DNA of 37,731 nucleotides, from IMG/VR virus record IMGVR_UViG_3300020042_010726, positions 1 to 37,731 of that record; one strand, written 5' to 3'. The stretch is from a virus (Duplodnaviria > Caudoviricetes). Position numbers and translations under genes: made by a program. The notes under the pieces were generated by a model. It did no database searches, was not told where the DNA came from, and worked only from the letters and a program-made list of their open reading frames with translations. Shown piece by piece: positions 17,227-26,743 of the stretch (position 1 is the first letter of the stretch; each line of letters begins with the position of its first letter).

Positions 17227-20200
17227 TATCTAGACACCCTTTCGGCGTATGCTCTAATGGCCCATGACTGTGCTTGGAGGTTAAGAGACTCACCGGCCTC
17301 GACATGCTCGATCACAGTCTGCATATAAGTGCTGCGTTGTTGTTGTAGTGGGATATAGATCCGGCATATGGGGGATGGTCCGGTCCCAATGGGCAGGTCG
17401 ATCCCGTAAGACTGGCTAAAATAATCAAAGGCCCAGGGGAAGTATCCCCAACCTGCATTCTGCCAAAGACCCTTCCACTCGATCTCGGTGCTTCCTAAAA
17501 CCGTGTCCCCGATAAAGTAAAGAATCAGCCGCGACGCTTGGTCTGAGCGAAAATGCAGCTGGGTTTGTGCATATTGCTTCGATCTCCCTACGAGTCCGGC
17601 ATGGAAGGGAGCCGTCCTGATCATGGACCGGATCCGACCATACAGAATGGGCTGGTTACCTGCCTCAAGAGTGGTCTGGTTTAGGAGAGCGCACAAATAG
17701 GTATTGGGAGCCGTTAAAATGGGAGTTGTTGTAATGCGGTTAATCGTGTTGTTTAAAACTAAAATGTCCCCTGGCTCGGGGGATGCTGTCGTGATCGAGA
17801 TAATCACAGACTTGAGATCAGACCCCACTGACAGGACTGTCGTCGGGTAGTTTTGGTCCGCAAAATCAAGCCTAGTCTGCTTGTTGCGCTCTTTCAGGAT
17901 GTCGTTAAAGAGATTATCCACAAGATAAAGGGTGTCAGAAGGTCCGACTGTCCCAGCAACAAAGAGTTTGTCCCACGTGGTCCACTCGTCGGTCTGCAAA
18001 TTGTAGACATGGCATATCGATAGTGCCTGGTCATTCGGCCTAGTGCAGGTCAAAAGGTAAAGGCGCTCTGACTCGTAGGCGAGTCCATGAGCAAGGCTCT
18101 CGGCTCGGCCTAAGATGGGTCTTATGTCCTCCTCAATTTTCCGACTGATGATATTGACTGCGGTCTCGCTGATCAGGACGACCCCGACGTTGCTCAACAT
18201 CGCGACTTGGTTGTTCACGACTGCGACCGAGTCAGGGGCGACACACAAAACTGTCGAATCTAGGATGGTCACGACAAAGTTATTAGGGTCGTCACCGGAA
18301 AGCCTAAAAACCCCGTCTCTTTTGATGATAATGAGGGAGTCTCTGAGTGCCGCAATTCTTTGGATCGGCTCGTTTTCACTCCCCACGGGCAAAAATTGGA
18401 TGGTCGGGACCGCTTCAGGCTCCGACACCTTTGAGACATAGAGGTTATGCCGGTCTGTGGTCGAATTGCTGACCACGTCCCCGTAGGTCACGGCTAAAAC
18501 GGGCTCAAATCCCGCCCCCGCTCCGGCACTAGACGACCTGACTGCTATGGAGCTAGGAAAATTTCTTGCGAAAATACCAAACTGGCCTGGGACTTCTGTA
18601 AAGTCTGATAGGTAACGACCGTAACAGAGTCCACCATTGCGCCTTGAGATCGCTTTGACGAGTCCTTGCGCGGTCTCTGCTAGCTGGACGGCTACGGACG
18701 AACTCGTTTTGTTGAGTTTAAAGATGGGATTGGTCCCGTTACTGACCCCCTCAAACCAAAGGGCTGTAGGAGTGCCGGATCCGGTCAAGGTTACGTTGAA
18801 GTTTGCTCCCGCGACTCCAGAAACCACCCCACTCTGATTAGCGTAAGAGCCGCCTGTGAAGTTTGAGACGTAGATCACGTCCCCGTTGGAAAAACCATGT
18901 CCCGTGTAGGTGATTGTCAGGACTCCCGCTCCCGCGATCACGTTGCTGTAAGCGAGGGTGTTGGCGACTCCCTCTCTCGCGACATAAGTCTCTTCAAAGG
19001 TCGCACCATCGATGATCCTGATGATGAATTGATCACCCGCAGTGATCACGGTCGCGTCAACCACGCTCAAATCTAGGAAGGCCCTGGTTGTCACGTCTGC
19101 ATAAAATGCATAGTTTTTGAATAAAGCTAGATCGTTCGCCTTTGGGGGTCTGGCGTTGGCTTGAAATTCCCCTTCTTGGGTGTTTTCGTTTGTGTAGAGT
19201 TCGGCACCTAGCAAAAGACTCGGCATGGTGTCTTGGTAAAAAAGAATATTCGACGAGATCTCAGCTGCAGTCAGGGTCCTTTGAGTCGCCAGCCTATAGT
19301 CACCGAAAACCGCTCCCGAGATGTCATAGAGTCCGCTGCGGTATATCTGCACAAACCAGCCTTGGGTTGTCGATGCACACTCCTCGGGGACTGAGACTTC
19401 AAGAAGGGTCGCCTCGGCCCTACCATACTTGATCGTCCCCGACGTGGGATCGCCCGACGTGACTGTGTAGGTAAATGCCGTGGGAGTCGTGACTGTGATC
19501 ACAAAGGTCCCGTTGGCGTTCGCATCAACCGCGTCACTCATGACTAGATATTGGCCCGTCAGGAGTCCATGGTTGAGAGACGTGGTCACCGTCACAGTCC
19601 AGGGACCGGCACCCGCTGACGTATAGCTTGCCGATATTTTTGGGTTGGACAGGGTCGCGACATCGCCAGGAGCGCCAAGGATTAGGTTGTCGTTTGCATC
19701 TTTTCGTCCAAAGACCACGCGATATCCCACGACCTTATCAGCTTCAAACCAGCTGGCAGGGACTCCGGGGATAAACTGCGCTGAGGAATCTTGTCCCGAG
19801 GGACTCCCTACGGACTGGACCAAACTGTTATAAGCAGTGAGTTTTAAGACTCCGTTGTCTGTCGTGACATAAATGTTTTCACTAGCGGCCATGACTCGGG
19901 GGATCCGCGTCCCAGTGATCGACCAGGACACCCCAGTCTCAGCTGTCAGGTTGGTCTCGGCTCCGGTCTCATTGGGCGACACCCCAGTGTCGGTATAATA
20001 ACTGGCCTTCGTGTCGTACAAACTGACAAGCCGGTCCTCGTATTTGACCAGGGCTTTAAGGGTCCCCGTAACAGGGACAAAGTAGTCATAAAAGCCGCGT
20101 CTTTTGGAGATAATAAAGTCACGACCCACTGTAACATTTTCAGCGACTTCGAGCGCACCATCGGGCACCTCAAAACTGTTACGTTGAGCATACCGTCCCC

Positions 20201-20234
20201 TAAATTGTCTAATCTCAGGATAGCTGTAGCTCAT
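17226..20234 (-). CDS. Tail nozzle/stabilisation protein (P22 gp10 / tail tubular B-like) with inserted domains
   Basis: PDGALEVAENV...KRRG N-terminus, LYVSKVSEPEAVP, LIIIKRDGVFRLSG. Start moved to the ATGA overlap. Confidence 0.8.
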   Translation of the reverse strand: MSYSYPEIRQFRGRYAQRNSFEVPDGALEVAENVTVGRDFIISKRRGFYDYFVPVTGTLKALVKYEDRLVSLYDTKASYYTDTGVSPNETGAETNLTAETGVSWSITGTRIPRVMAASENIYVTTDNGVLKLTAYNSLVQSVGSPSGQDSSAQFIPGVPASWFEADKVVGYRVVFGRKDANDNLILGAPGDVATLSNPKISASYTSAGAGPWTVTVTTSLNHGLLTGQYLVMSDAVDANANGTFVITVTTPTAFTYTVTSGDPTSGTIKYGRAEATLLEVSVPEECASTTQGWFVQIYRSGLYDISGAVFGDYRLATQRTLTAAEISSNILFYQDTMPSLLLGAELYTNENTQEGEFQANARPPKANDLALFKNYAFYADVTTRAFLDLSVVDATVITAGDQFIIRIIDGATFEETYVAREGVANTLAYSNVIAGAGVLTITYTGHGFSNGDVIYVSNFTGGSYANQSGVVSGVAGANFNVTLTGSGTPTALWFEGVSNGTNPIFKLNKTSSSVAVQLAETAQGLVKAISRRNGGLCYGRYLSDFTEVPGQFGIFARNFPSSIAVRSSSAGAGAGFEPVLAVTYGDVVSNSTTDRHNLYVSKVSEPEAVPTIQFLPVGSENEPIQRIAALRDSLIIIKRDGVFRLSGDDPNNFVVTILDSTVLCVAPDSVAVVNNQVAMLSNVGVVLISETAVNIISRKIEEDIRPILGRAESLAHGLAYESERLYLLTCTRPNDQALSICHVYNLQTDEWTTWDKLFVAGTVGPSDTLYLVDNLFNDILKERNKQTRLDFADQNYPTTVLSVGSDLKSVIISITTASPEPGDILVLNNTINRITTTPILTAPNTYLCALLNQTTLEAGNQPILYGRIRSMIRTAPFHAGLVGRSKQYAQTQLHFRSDQASRLILYFIGDTVLGSTEIEWKGLWQNAGWGYFPWAFDYFSQSYGIDLPIGTGPSPICRIYIPLQQQRSTYMQTVIEHVEAGESLNLQAQSWAIRAYAERVSR

Positions 20235-21181
20235 GGGGGTCCTAACCAACGTCTTTGGCTAAATTTGTTTCCGCGCACAAGAGACCTGCGGTTGATCACG
20301 ATCACAGGCTCCCCGTCGATCCTTGGGGACATTAGTGATTTGAAGTCCTTTTCCTCGGCAGGAATATCGACTTTCATTATTTGATTAGCAGCGTCATAAT
20401 CTCCAATCGCTTGAAGGATACGGTAGCAAATATGAGAGCGAAGTAGACCAATGCACTCGTTAGGAAGGCTATTGCAAACAGGGCTATAACCTTGCGGACA
20501 TACATAATCACCTACGCTCAAGTTTGAGGGGACTTGTCCAGCTGTAAAACTGACGGTATTTCCTGCGACACTCAGCGCTGTTCGGTCAAATTCCAAAACC
20601 GAGGAGCCTGACTTCTTTTTCACAAAGTCTACTTCAGTGCCGTTCGTTAAAAACGAAGGTATGGACGCTAGGGTAACTTGGTCAAATCCCGCAACATCAT
20701 ACACAACACCCGTGACTACGCCAGCATCACCCTCGACCATAAGTTTGCTTGGAGGGAGCCTCCAAAAAACTCTTAATTCCATTCCGGTCGTGTTGTCAGG
20801 GACTTTGGGGACTAGGCAAATCTGATCTCCACGAAAATAAAAACCGACGATGCTAGTTGATATAATAAAACTGTTTATGTCCTCTAGTGCAATCAGCGGG
20901 AGACTACGGTTATTCTGCAGCGAATCAAAAAGCACTAGATCCCGTACTCCACGTGCAGCGGCCCGGTAGGGGATATCGTAGAGGGTTTGTCCACCCACGA
21001 TTGGGATCGAATCCTGACGCACGAAAAAGTCGGTGTCGAAACTCTCGATCAGCGAAACAATCCGACTCGATATAATCTCGTCGGCAATCTGCAGCATGTC
21101 GGAATCAGTTAAAAGCGGTTGGCTAGCTGGCACACTGACCGCTCGCTTCACGACGCTCAATAGATCCGTGCTCGATATCAT
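20231..21181 (-). CDS. Head-tail adaptor / tail tubular A-like protein, 316 aa
   Basis: Helical N- and C-termini, GGQTLYDIP and FYFRGDQICLVP; directly upstream of the nozzle gene. Confidence 0.7.
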   Translation of the reverse strand: MISSTDLLSVVKRAVSVPASQPLLTDSDMLQIADEIISSRIVSLIESFDTDFFVRQDSIPIVGGQTLYDIPYRAAARGVRDLVLFDSLQNNRSLPLIALEDINSFIISTSIVGFYFRGDQICLVPKVPDNTTGMELRVFWRLPPSKLMVEGDAGVVTGVVYDVAGFDQVTLASIPSFLTNGTEVDFVKKKSGSSVLEFDRTALSVAGNTVSFTAGQVPSNLSVGDYVCPQGYSPVCNSLPNECIGLLRSHICYRILQAIGDYDAANQIMKVDIPAEEKDFKSLMSPRIDGEPVIVINRRSLVRGNKFSQRRWLGPP

Positions 21182-21522
21182 TTGTCACCGAATTTGTACG
21201 ATGGTTTTTTAGTCTCAACGGCCATAACGACACCCTTGGTCCTGCCAGCTTTTGCTGGGGATTTACGGGTCTGCTTCATAAATTTAGACATGGTCTGCTT
21301 AAGGTCCTCACCTTCAGGCTCCATGGCATTCTCCTCCTCCTCGGTGATCCCGCCAGCATGCTCCTCTGCCTCCTCCTCGGGGGTCTCAGAGGCTTCATGT
21401 AGCGCTTGGGTAGGATCGACTGATTCGTCACCATCACCCTTGGCTTCCATTTCAAACATCGCTTGAATCAAGGCTTTTAGAGCCTCCATTTTCTTGTCTT
21501 TGACCATCGGATTTACATGCAT
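21178..21522 (-). CDS. Low-complexity acidic/basic protein, 114 aa
   Basis: ETPEEEAEEH acidic core and basic tail; GGAG SD. Confidence 0.7.
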   Translation of the reverse strand: MHVNPMVKDKKMEALKALIQAMFEMEAKGDGDESVDPTQALHEASETPEEEAEEHAGGITEEEENAMEPEGEDLKQTMSKFMKQTRKSPAKAGRTKGVVMAVETKKPSYKFGDK

Positions 21523-21539
21523 TTATTTTATCTCCGGTT

Positions 21540-22058
21540 TTACAGTATTTTTGTCATAACAAATGTATTTCTAGTTGCTGTGTCTGCTGTCTTTGACGGG
21601 TCCGACATTAATCTTATAACGTCGGATGCTGCTAAAACTAAGGTGACGCTTAACATCCCACCCTCGTTTGCAGTAGTTCCTACTTGAATCAGGACGGGCC
21701 TCTTAGCGGGTGTTAAAGATGCCGGACCAGTCGCCAAATCTCCTGCCGAAGGATTAAGCGCAATCGCAACCGATACAGCTGTTGCAAATCTCATCGCCCA
21801 ATTCATAGTGTAGACACCAGCGGAGTTGACAGTAAATGTGTCCCCGTTTACTGCGTCCTGAGTCCAAGTAATCCCAGTCCCGGAGTTTGCTATGTTGTTA
21901 TTGAAGCGCCTAACCGCTGTATTAAAAGACCCAAAACCCGCGTCCTCTTGCACCCATATTTGAGAAAACCCAGCTGTTGCTCGAATACCCGACGAAAATG
22001 TTGGCGCTCCGGTCCCAGCTGCATTTGTGATTGTATCTGCTTGTACTGTTGAAGCCAT
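21540..22058 (-). CDS. Tail fibre partner with C1q/TNF-like C-terminal domain, 172 aa
   Basis: STVQADTITNAAGTGAP N-terminus; FTVNSAGVY...LAASDVIRL pattern. Confidence 0.6.
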   Translation of the reverse strand: MASTVQADTITNAAGTGAPTFSSGIRATAGFSQIWVQEDAGFGSFNTAVRRFNNNIANSGTGITWTQDAVNGDTFTVNSAGVYTMNWAMRFATAVSVAIALNPSAGDLATGPASLTPAKRPVLIQVGTTANEGGMLSVTLVLAASDVIRLMSDPSKTADTATRNTFVMTKIL

Positions 22059-22069
22059 TTTGAAATCCT

Positions 22070-23494
22070 TTATATTGCTCGGACTGTGCCGTTAGTTACT
22101 ATTAAATCACCGTTTACTATAACATTATTTAAAACTGCTAAATAAGCACTTGCATTGTTGAGGGTCCAGGTCTGCCCTACGTTAATCGTCGGGTTGACCA
22201 GCATCACACCAATGGCTGTGGATATCGTCAGGTTTGTTGCAATCGCGATTGGATTTGCAACGCCTTGATTGAATGTTTTGAGAGTCGTGACTGTGTCGAC
22301 CCATGAAGGTGACGCAGCACCAAGAGCCATAAGGAGTTGGCCTGTAGCTCCCGAATCTAGCTTTGTAGCTGCTCCTGCTACACCGCCTACTATCAAATCG
22401 CCTTGACTGTCCATTGGGTTAGCAAGGGGAGCCGTCCAGCTTAGACCTGAAGTCTGAGCCGAGTCCGCTGTCAATACCGTGCCGTTCGCACCTACAGCGA
22501 CCCGAACATCATTTGTCCCATCATTCGAAACTAAATCGCCCTTTGTCGTGAGAGGAGATAGGGCGTTAAAAGCCAATGTCGCGGTAGTCTGGCCGGTCCC
22601 TCCACTCCCGATCGGTAGTGTCCCGGTGACTCCGGTGGTCAAGGGTAAACCCGTTGCGCTCGTCAGGACTAGGGCTGTAGGCGTCCCCAGTGCTGGGGTT
22701 ACAAGTGTCGGGCTGGTCGCAAATACTAATGCTCCTGTCCCGGTCTCGTCGGTAACTGCAGAGGCTAAATTTGCGCTGGAAGGGGTCCCAAGCCATGTTG
22801 CTACACCTGCGCCTAGGGACGTGATCCCCGTCCCACCGTTGGCCACGGGAAGGGTCCCAGTGACTTCTGTCGTCAGGTCTACGTTGCTGGCGCTCAGGGC
22901 TGTGCCGTTACTCTTGACGACACCTGCAGCTGGGACGACTGCGACGGTCCCAGAACTAGGGAAGGTCGCGGTCCCGTTAACTCCCGTCCCGCCTTTAGTC
23001 GTCGGCAGGATCCCCACAAAGTCTGCGGGAGTGACTTGGCCGGGAGCAAGGAAGGGACCGAAGGCGTCCCAGTTTGTGCCTGAAAAAACTAAGACCACTC
23101 CAGTGTAATTATTCGCAAGAACTAGAGTAGCCGCTCCTCGAATAGTCTCAGCACCGTTGGGAGTGATCGTGATGTTATTTGTTGCCGCATCGCCTTTTCC
23201 ATCGACGATGATAAAGACTTGCTTTGCGGCACCTGCAGGGAGTGTGACTGCTACGGCTCCGGCTACTGTCAGGTTGGACACCACTACGCAGTCCGTGGTC
23301 GCGCTGACAGCTATGGGCGTCGTGACCGCGACTCTGGCCGCAAACTTCTGGAAGCTAGTCCCTTGGGCGCTATCAGCGAGTGCTTGAAGGAAGCTAGATA
23401 GCTGGGTCCAGTTGAGCTCGTTATTGAGGGGGATATTGTAACTAGTAACGACGGGGTTAGTTCCACCGCTCGGCCACTGTTTTGAAATTGGCAT
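22070..23494 (-). CDS. Tail fibre protein, 474 aa
   Basis: Three GxLPxxxGGTG repeats, PLTTKGDL/PMDSQGDL repeats, G/T/A-rich. Confidence 0.8.
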   Translation of the reverse strand: MPISKQWPSGGTNPVVTSYNIPLNNELNWTQLSSFLQALADSAQGTSFQKFAARVAVTTPIAVSATTDCVVVSNLTVAGAVAVTLPAGAAKQVFIIVDGKGDAATNNITITPNGAETIRGAATLVLANNYTGVVLVFSGTNWDAFGPFLAPGQVTPADFVGILPTTKGGTGVNGTATFPSSGTVAVVPAAGVVKSNGTALSASNVDLTTEVTGTLPVANGGTGITSLGAGVATWLGTPSSANLASAVTDETGTGALVFATSPTLVTPALGTPTALVLTSATGLPLTTGVTGTLPIGSGGTGQTTATLAFNALSPLTTKGDLVSNDGTNDVRVAVGANGTVLTADSAQTSGLSWTAPLANPMDSQGDLIVGGVAGAATKLDSGATGQLLMALGAASPSWVDTVTTLKTFNQGVANPIAIATNLTISTAIGVMLVNPTINVGQTWTLNNASAYLAVLNNVIVNGDLIVTNGTVRAI

Positions 23495-23506
23495 TCAAAT
23501 CTCCTG

Positions 23507-23557
23507 AAAAAAAGAGCCGAACCTCCCCTGTAGCGGAATCTACAAGGGAGGCTCGGC
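23507..23557 (-). terminator. Rho-independent terminator after the major capsid gene
   Basis: 18-bp stem (23516-23557) whose two mismatches are G-U pairs on the minus transcript; 6-nt loop; followed by UCU7. Confidence 0.85.
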
Positions 23558-23590
23558 ATAGGGCCTTAGGCTTTACCCCCCACACGTCGA

Positions 23591-24922
23591 TTAGCTTGCC
23601 GCTTCGTCGTTAATGTTGTAGAAGTAAATTTGTTTAGCTGGCTCATGGTTGAAAAGATATTGGTCGGAGTACGAACGTATACAGTACCCGGCTTGGTTCT
23701 GAAGGGCGAAAATTATGTCTTGATTCATGCCTGGGACCTGGAAGGAAACTTCTGCGGATCCGGAGCGTGACCAAGAGCTCGATTGCAGTGCCATGGCTCG
23801 GCCTTCTTTCATCATCCGGTGAGGACGGAAGGTCGCTTTTCCTGCTTGGGTGTAGAACGTGACAGACTCAAAACCTTGAGTCGCTTCGCCAGTTTTATAG
23901 GAGCTATCGTAAACTCGCAAACCAGCTTCAGTGGAAGCGATGGTCGCCCAGCTGCGTGGGTTGAGCCATACATCAAGGTCACCTTCGAGGTTACCTTTGT
24001 TAACTGCGTCAGCCACAGCTTCTTGGAAGCGAGGCAAGGTAATTTTTTGGTTACCGCAGTCATACTGGTTTGCAGACCAGAGAGAGTAGGTCGTGTTGTC
24101 GATCCCAAAGAGTGACCCGTTCCTGGTCAGGATATACTCAGCACCGAAGTAATCCTTGCCAGCGCCTTGCTGTCCTTCGAAGCAAATCCGCGATGAGCCT
24201 ACGGAAGCCGCAGCAATAGGAGTGAAGTCTACTTTCAGAATGCCGTACTTAGAATCCACGGCTACCAATTTACCGGCAGCTTGGACAACTCCAGAGGCAG
24301 AGACTTGGTTAATCTTGACACCTTCAAAACCGAGCCACAATCCTGCAGCAAAGTCGCCAGGAGCAAACAAGATGTATTTACCAGCTGCGTTGATCCCGTT
24401 AGTGAAAGTCAGAGATCCAAAACGAGTGTTGGGAAGGGTACCAGTACCGTTCGTAAAGGCTACTCCACGGTAGACTTGGGAGGCATATGAGACAGCGCCA
24501 AGGAGGTTGGGGCTTCGTCCATATAGGCGTAATGACTCCTGTAATCGGTTATGCGAGCGTAAATTGTTGCGAACTATAAATTTTGTTGCATCGAAGAACG
24601 CTTTATCGCCACCACCGGCAGAACGCGACATTACACCCCAAGGAATTACACTTGGGAGCACTGAAATAAATGGTGCTACTTCGGTCTGTTTTACGGTCCC
24701 AGCGGAAGCAGGATTTAACTCAAATGCATCGCTTGAGTCTGATAACGTAAAACCTACTTCGTTAGTTAAAACAACGGCTTCCACGTATTTTTCGCCCACC
24801 TTCTGCTTCTCAGAGAAGGGGATAAACTTACCGAGTGGTTGGTCCTCTGGGAGGAGGTTGGTCAACTCACCATAAACTCTTTTGAAGGTCTGTAAGACAT
24901 CGGCATTACTTGTCTGAGACAT
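23591..24922 (-). CDS. Major capsid protein, 443 aa
   Basis: Follows the scaffold and precedes a strong terminator; FKRVYG, GEKYVEAV, VWLNPRSW patterns. Confidence 0.8.
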   Translation of the reverse strand: MSQTSNADVLQTFKRVYGELTNLLPEDQPLGKFIPFSEKQKVGEKYVEAVVLTNEVGFTLSDSSDAFELNPASAGTVKQTEVAPFISVLPSVIPWGVMSRSAGGGDKAFFDATKFIVRNNLRSHNRLQESLRLYGRSPNLLGAVSYASQVYRGVAFTNGTGTLPNTRFGSLTFTNGINAAGKYILFAPGDFAAGLWLGFEGVKINQVSASGVVQAAGKLVAVDSKYGILKVDFTPIAAASVGSSRICFEGQQGAGKDYFGAEYILTRNGSLFGIDNTTYSLWSANQYDCGNQKITLPRFQEAVADAVNKGNLEGDLDVWLNPRSWATIASTEAGLRVYDSSYKTGEATQGFESVTFYTQAGKATFRPHRMMKEGRAMALQSSSWSRSGSAEVSFQVPGMNQDIIFALQNQAGYCIRSYSDQYLFNHEPAKQIYFYNINDEAAS

Positions 24923-24947
24923 TTATATTACCCCTATAATTTGTTTT

Positions 24948-25433
24948 TTATTTAGATTTGAAAAGGAAGCGCACCGAGATAATCCCGCTGGTCAACGCAT
25001 CAAGTCCGGTCATAACAAGGCGCACTGCAAGGTTACCGTTGGCACCCTTCGCGCACTGGTTTGTCAGAGAGGAGCTAGTCAGCGTAGCTACCGAAGGCAA
25101 GGACTTCTCGACCCGAGTGGTCAGGTCGTCTACGTAAGCTTCGACTCCGTAGAGCTCGTCGGCCTGTCCACCGAAGTTGCAGAGGCAAGCAAAGGCATCG
25201 GTCCCCATCGCGGTCGCGTCAAACTGTGCGAGCAAAAACTCGTTTGTGGTCCCAAGAAAATCATCGATCACAGCTTGGGAAGCTAGAGCGTCGAAGGTTG
25301 TCAGGGTAGGGGTCCCTTGGGGGAGTTGACTGACGGTTTTAGCCGCAGTGATTTGAAATAAAAATTGGACGACATGCGGGTTGTTGCGTCCAATTTTGTC
25401 CTGCCAAAAAAATAGTCCTGGACTTGTAGCCAT
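24948..25433 (-). CDS. Putative capsid decoration/cement protein, 161 aa
   Basis: Lies between scaffold and capsid genes; beta-rich; GGAG SD. Confidence 0.5.
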   Translation of the reverse strand: MATSPGLFFWQDKIGRNNPHVVQFLFQITAAKTVSQLPQGTPTLTTFDALASQAVIDDFLGTTNEFLLAQFDATAMGTDAFACLCNFGGQADELYGVEAYVDDLTTRVEKSLPSVATLTSSSLTNQCAKGANGNLAVRLVMTGLDALTSGIISVRFLFKSK

Positions 25434-25440
25434 GTTTTAA

Positions 25441-26304
25441 CTATCTCCCAAATTTCTTTTCTAGTTTTTGAAAAAAGTCGTCTGTCGTGACGCGCTTGCC
25501 GCGCTGAGGTGCTGGTCTGTCCGTAGTAGATTGGCCTTGAGGACGGGCGAAGGGTGCTTGCGACCTGGCTTCATTCACGAACATTTTGCGGAGTGCCGCG
25601 ATCTGTTCCTTGCTGAAAATCTTGAGGACTTCTTCGGGGGAGGCTACGTTGAGGTACTCCTGGACGTCCTCGGTCAAACTCGCTTTGGCTAAATCTAACG
25701 CTTTGGAGGATGGCAAAGGCGCTTGGTTTTTCTCCAAATTCGCATACATTGCTTCTGCCACACGTCTTATCAATCTTGGTGTTTTTTTACCTTTGTAAGA
25801 TTCTAAAGCCTTACCTATCTCCTCGTCAACTTCGCTATAGGCCCTTTCCAAAATCTGAGCCTCAGCTTGCTTGCGCTGGGCTGATGTCATTTCGTCGAGT
25901 TGCTTTTGCAGCTTCTCCCTCTCGGCCTCGGCTTTTCTGCGACCGCGCTCGGATTCGGGGAGTTGCTCATATTCGATTTGCGTCAGGAGTTTTTTCTCGG
26001 CCCATTTAAGGACTTGCTCCTCAGGGACCCCTAGCTCGCCAGAGATCCACTCAAGGTCACCTTGGAGGGCGCGTTGTTTACGCGCCTCCTCGGTTTTCCT
26101 AATGGCAGCTGCCTCCTGCATGCGCTTGTTGGCGGCACGTGCATGGGAGTAGCCACGCTTTAGTTCGTCTAGGTCAACGTCGAGCTCCTCACCATCGACG
26201 GGCACCCGATATCTCTCGGGAGGCTTCGGTGCTGCGGGGGGAGGAGTGGGAATAGAACTAGCGTCAGGAATATCACTTCCCGACGACTGCATTGCATCGT
26301 CCAT
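25441..26304 (-). CDS. Capsid scaffolding protein, 287 aa
   Basis: YRVPVDGEELDVDLDELKRGYS signature, coiled coil, basic C-terminal helix. Confidence 0.85.
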   Translation of the reverse strand: MDDAMQSSGSDIPDASSIPTPPPAAPKPPERYRVPVDGEELDVDLDELKRGYSHARAANKRMQEAAAIRKTEEARKQRALQGDLEWISGELGVPEEQVLKWAEKKLLTQIEYEQLPESERGRRKAEAEREKLQKQLDEMTSAQRKQAEAQILERAYSEVDEEIGKALESYKGKKTPRLIRRVAEAMYANLEKNQAPLPSSKALDLAKASLTEDVQEYLNVASPEEVLKIFSKEQIAALRKMFVNEARSQAPFARPQGQSTTDRPAPQRGKRVTTDDFFQKLEKKFGR

Positions 26305-26362
26305 TATATAGCCTCGCCTATCTTGGTTAGAGTTACCAAACAGGATAAAGCGCTATTTTTAA

Positions 26363-26743
26363 TTAGTAAAGTATTATTATTTCCACTTCCACGGGAGTGG
26401 TTGGGACGGGGGAAAAGACTGCGACGACAAAGGGTTTGCCGTTGGCCGTGAATCCCCACTGGATAGGCTGGGCGAGAGCAAAGGAAGTCTCAAGGACCCG
26501 CCTTGCCCTGATCTCGGTCGGGCGTTTTGTCAGGTTGAGGGCTACGCTCGCGTTCTGTGATAGCTTCAGGCTTCGGATCTCGCAGTCCATATTGTCGGAG
26601 TAGGTTAGACCATTCCGCAAGGCTCTTAATGTTATTTCAGCAAACTGCGCTTGGAAGTTTATAAAATCTTGGAGTGACTGGCCAGCCTCGGTCGCAAGGG
26701 CTTTAGTCGCATCAAAGATTCTTTGAATGGTTATTTTTGCCAT
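26363..26743 (-). CDS. Putative virion protein, 126 aa
   Basis: Start moved to MAKITIQ (GGGAG SD inside the terL 3' end); LRNGLTYSDN. Confidence 0.6.
   Translation of the reverse strand: MAKITIQRIFDATKALATEAGQSLQDFINFQAQFAEITLRALRNGLTYSDNMDCEIRSLKLSQNASVALNLTKRPTEIRARRVLETSFALAQPIQWGFTANGKPFVVAVFSPVPTTPVEVEIIILY

Noticed and set aside
22479-23108. 209-aa plus-strand ORF, and similar antisense ORFs across 4.2-36 kb
   Set aside because: These are shadow frames of well-supported minus-strand genes, with mirrored composition and no RBS.
5086-23494. Diversity-generating retroelement or invertible tail cassette
   Set aside because: No reverse transcriptase or invertase gene, and no ~100-bp TR/VR pair or flanking IRs noticed by eye.
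17226-23494. Frequent GGTCCC/GGGAC and GATC words
   Set aside because: Plausibly Gly-Thr and Ile codon usage; I cannot quantify the bias without computation.
23516-23557. tRNA or other ncRNA
   Set aside because: A single stem plus U-tract after the MCP is fully explained as a terminator; no cloverleaf was seen.
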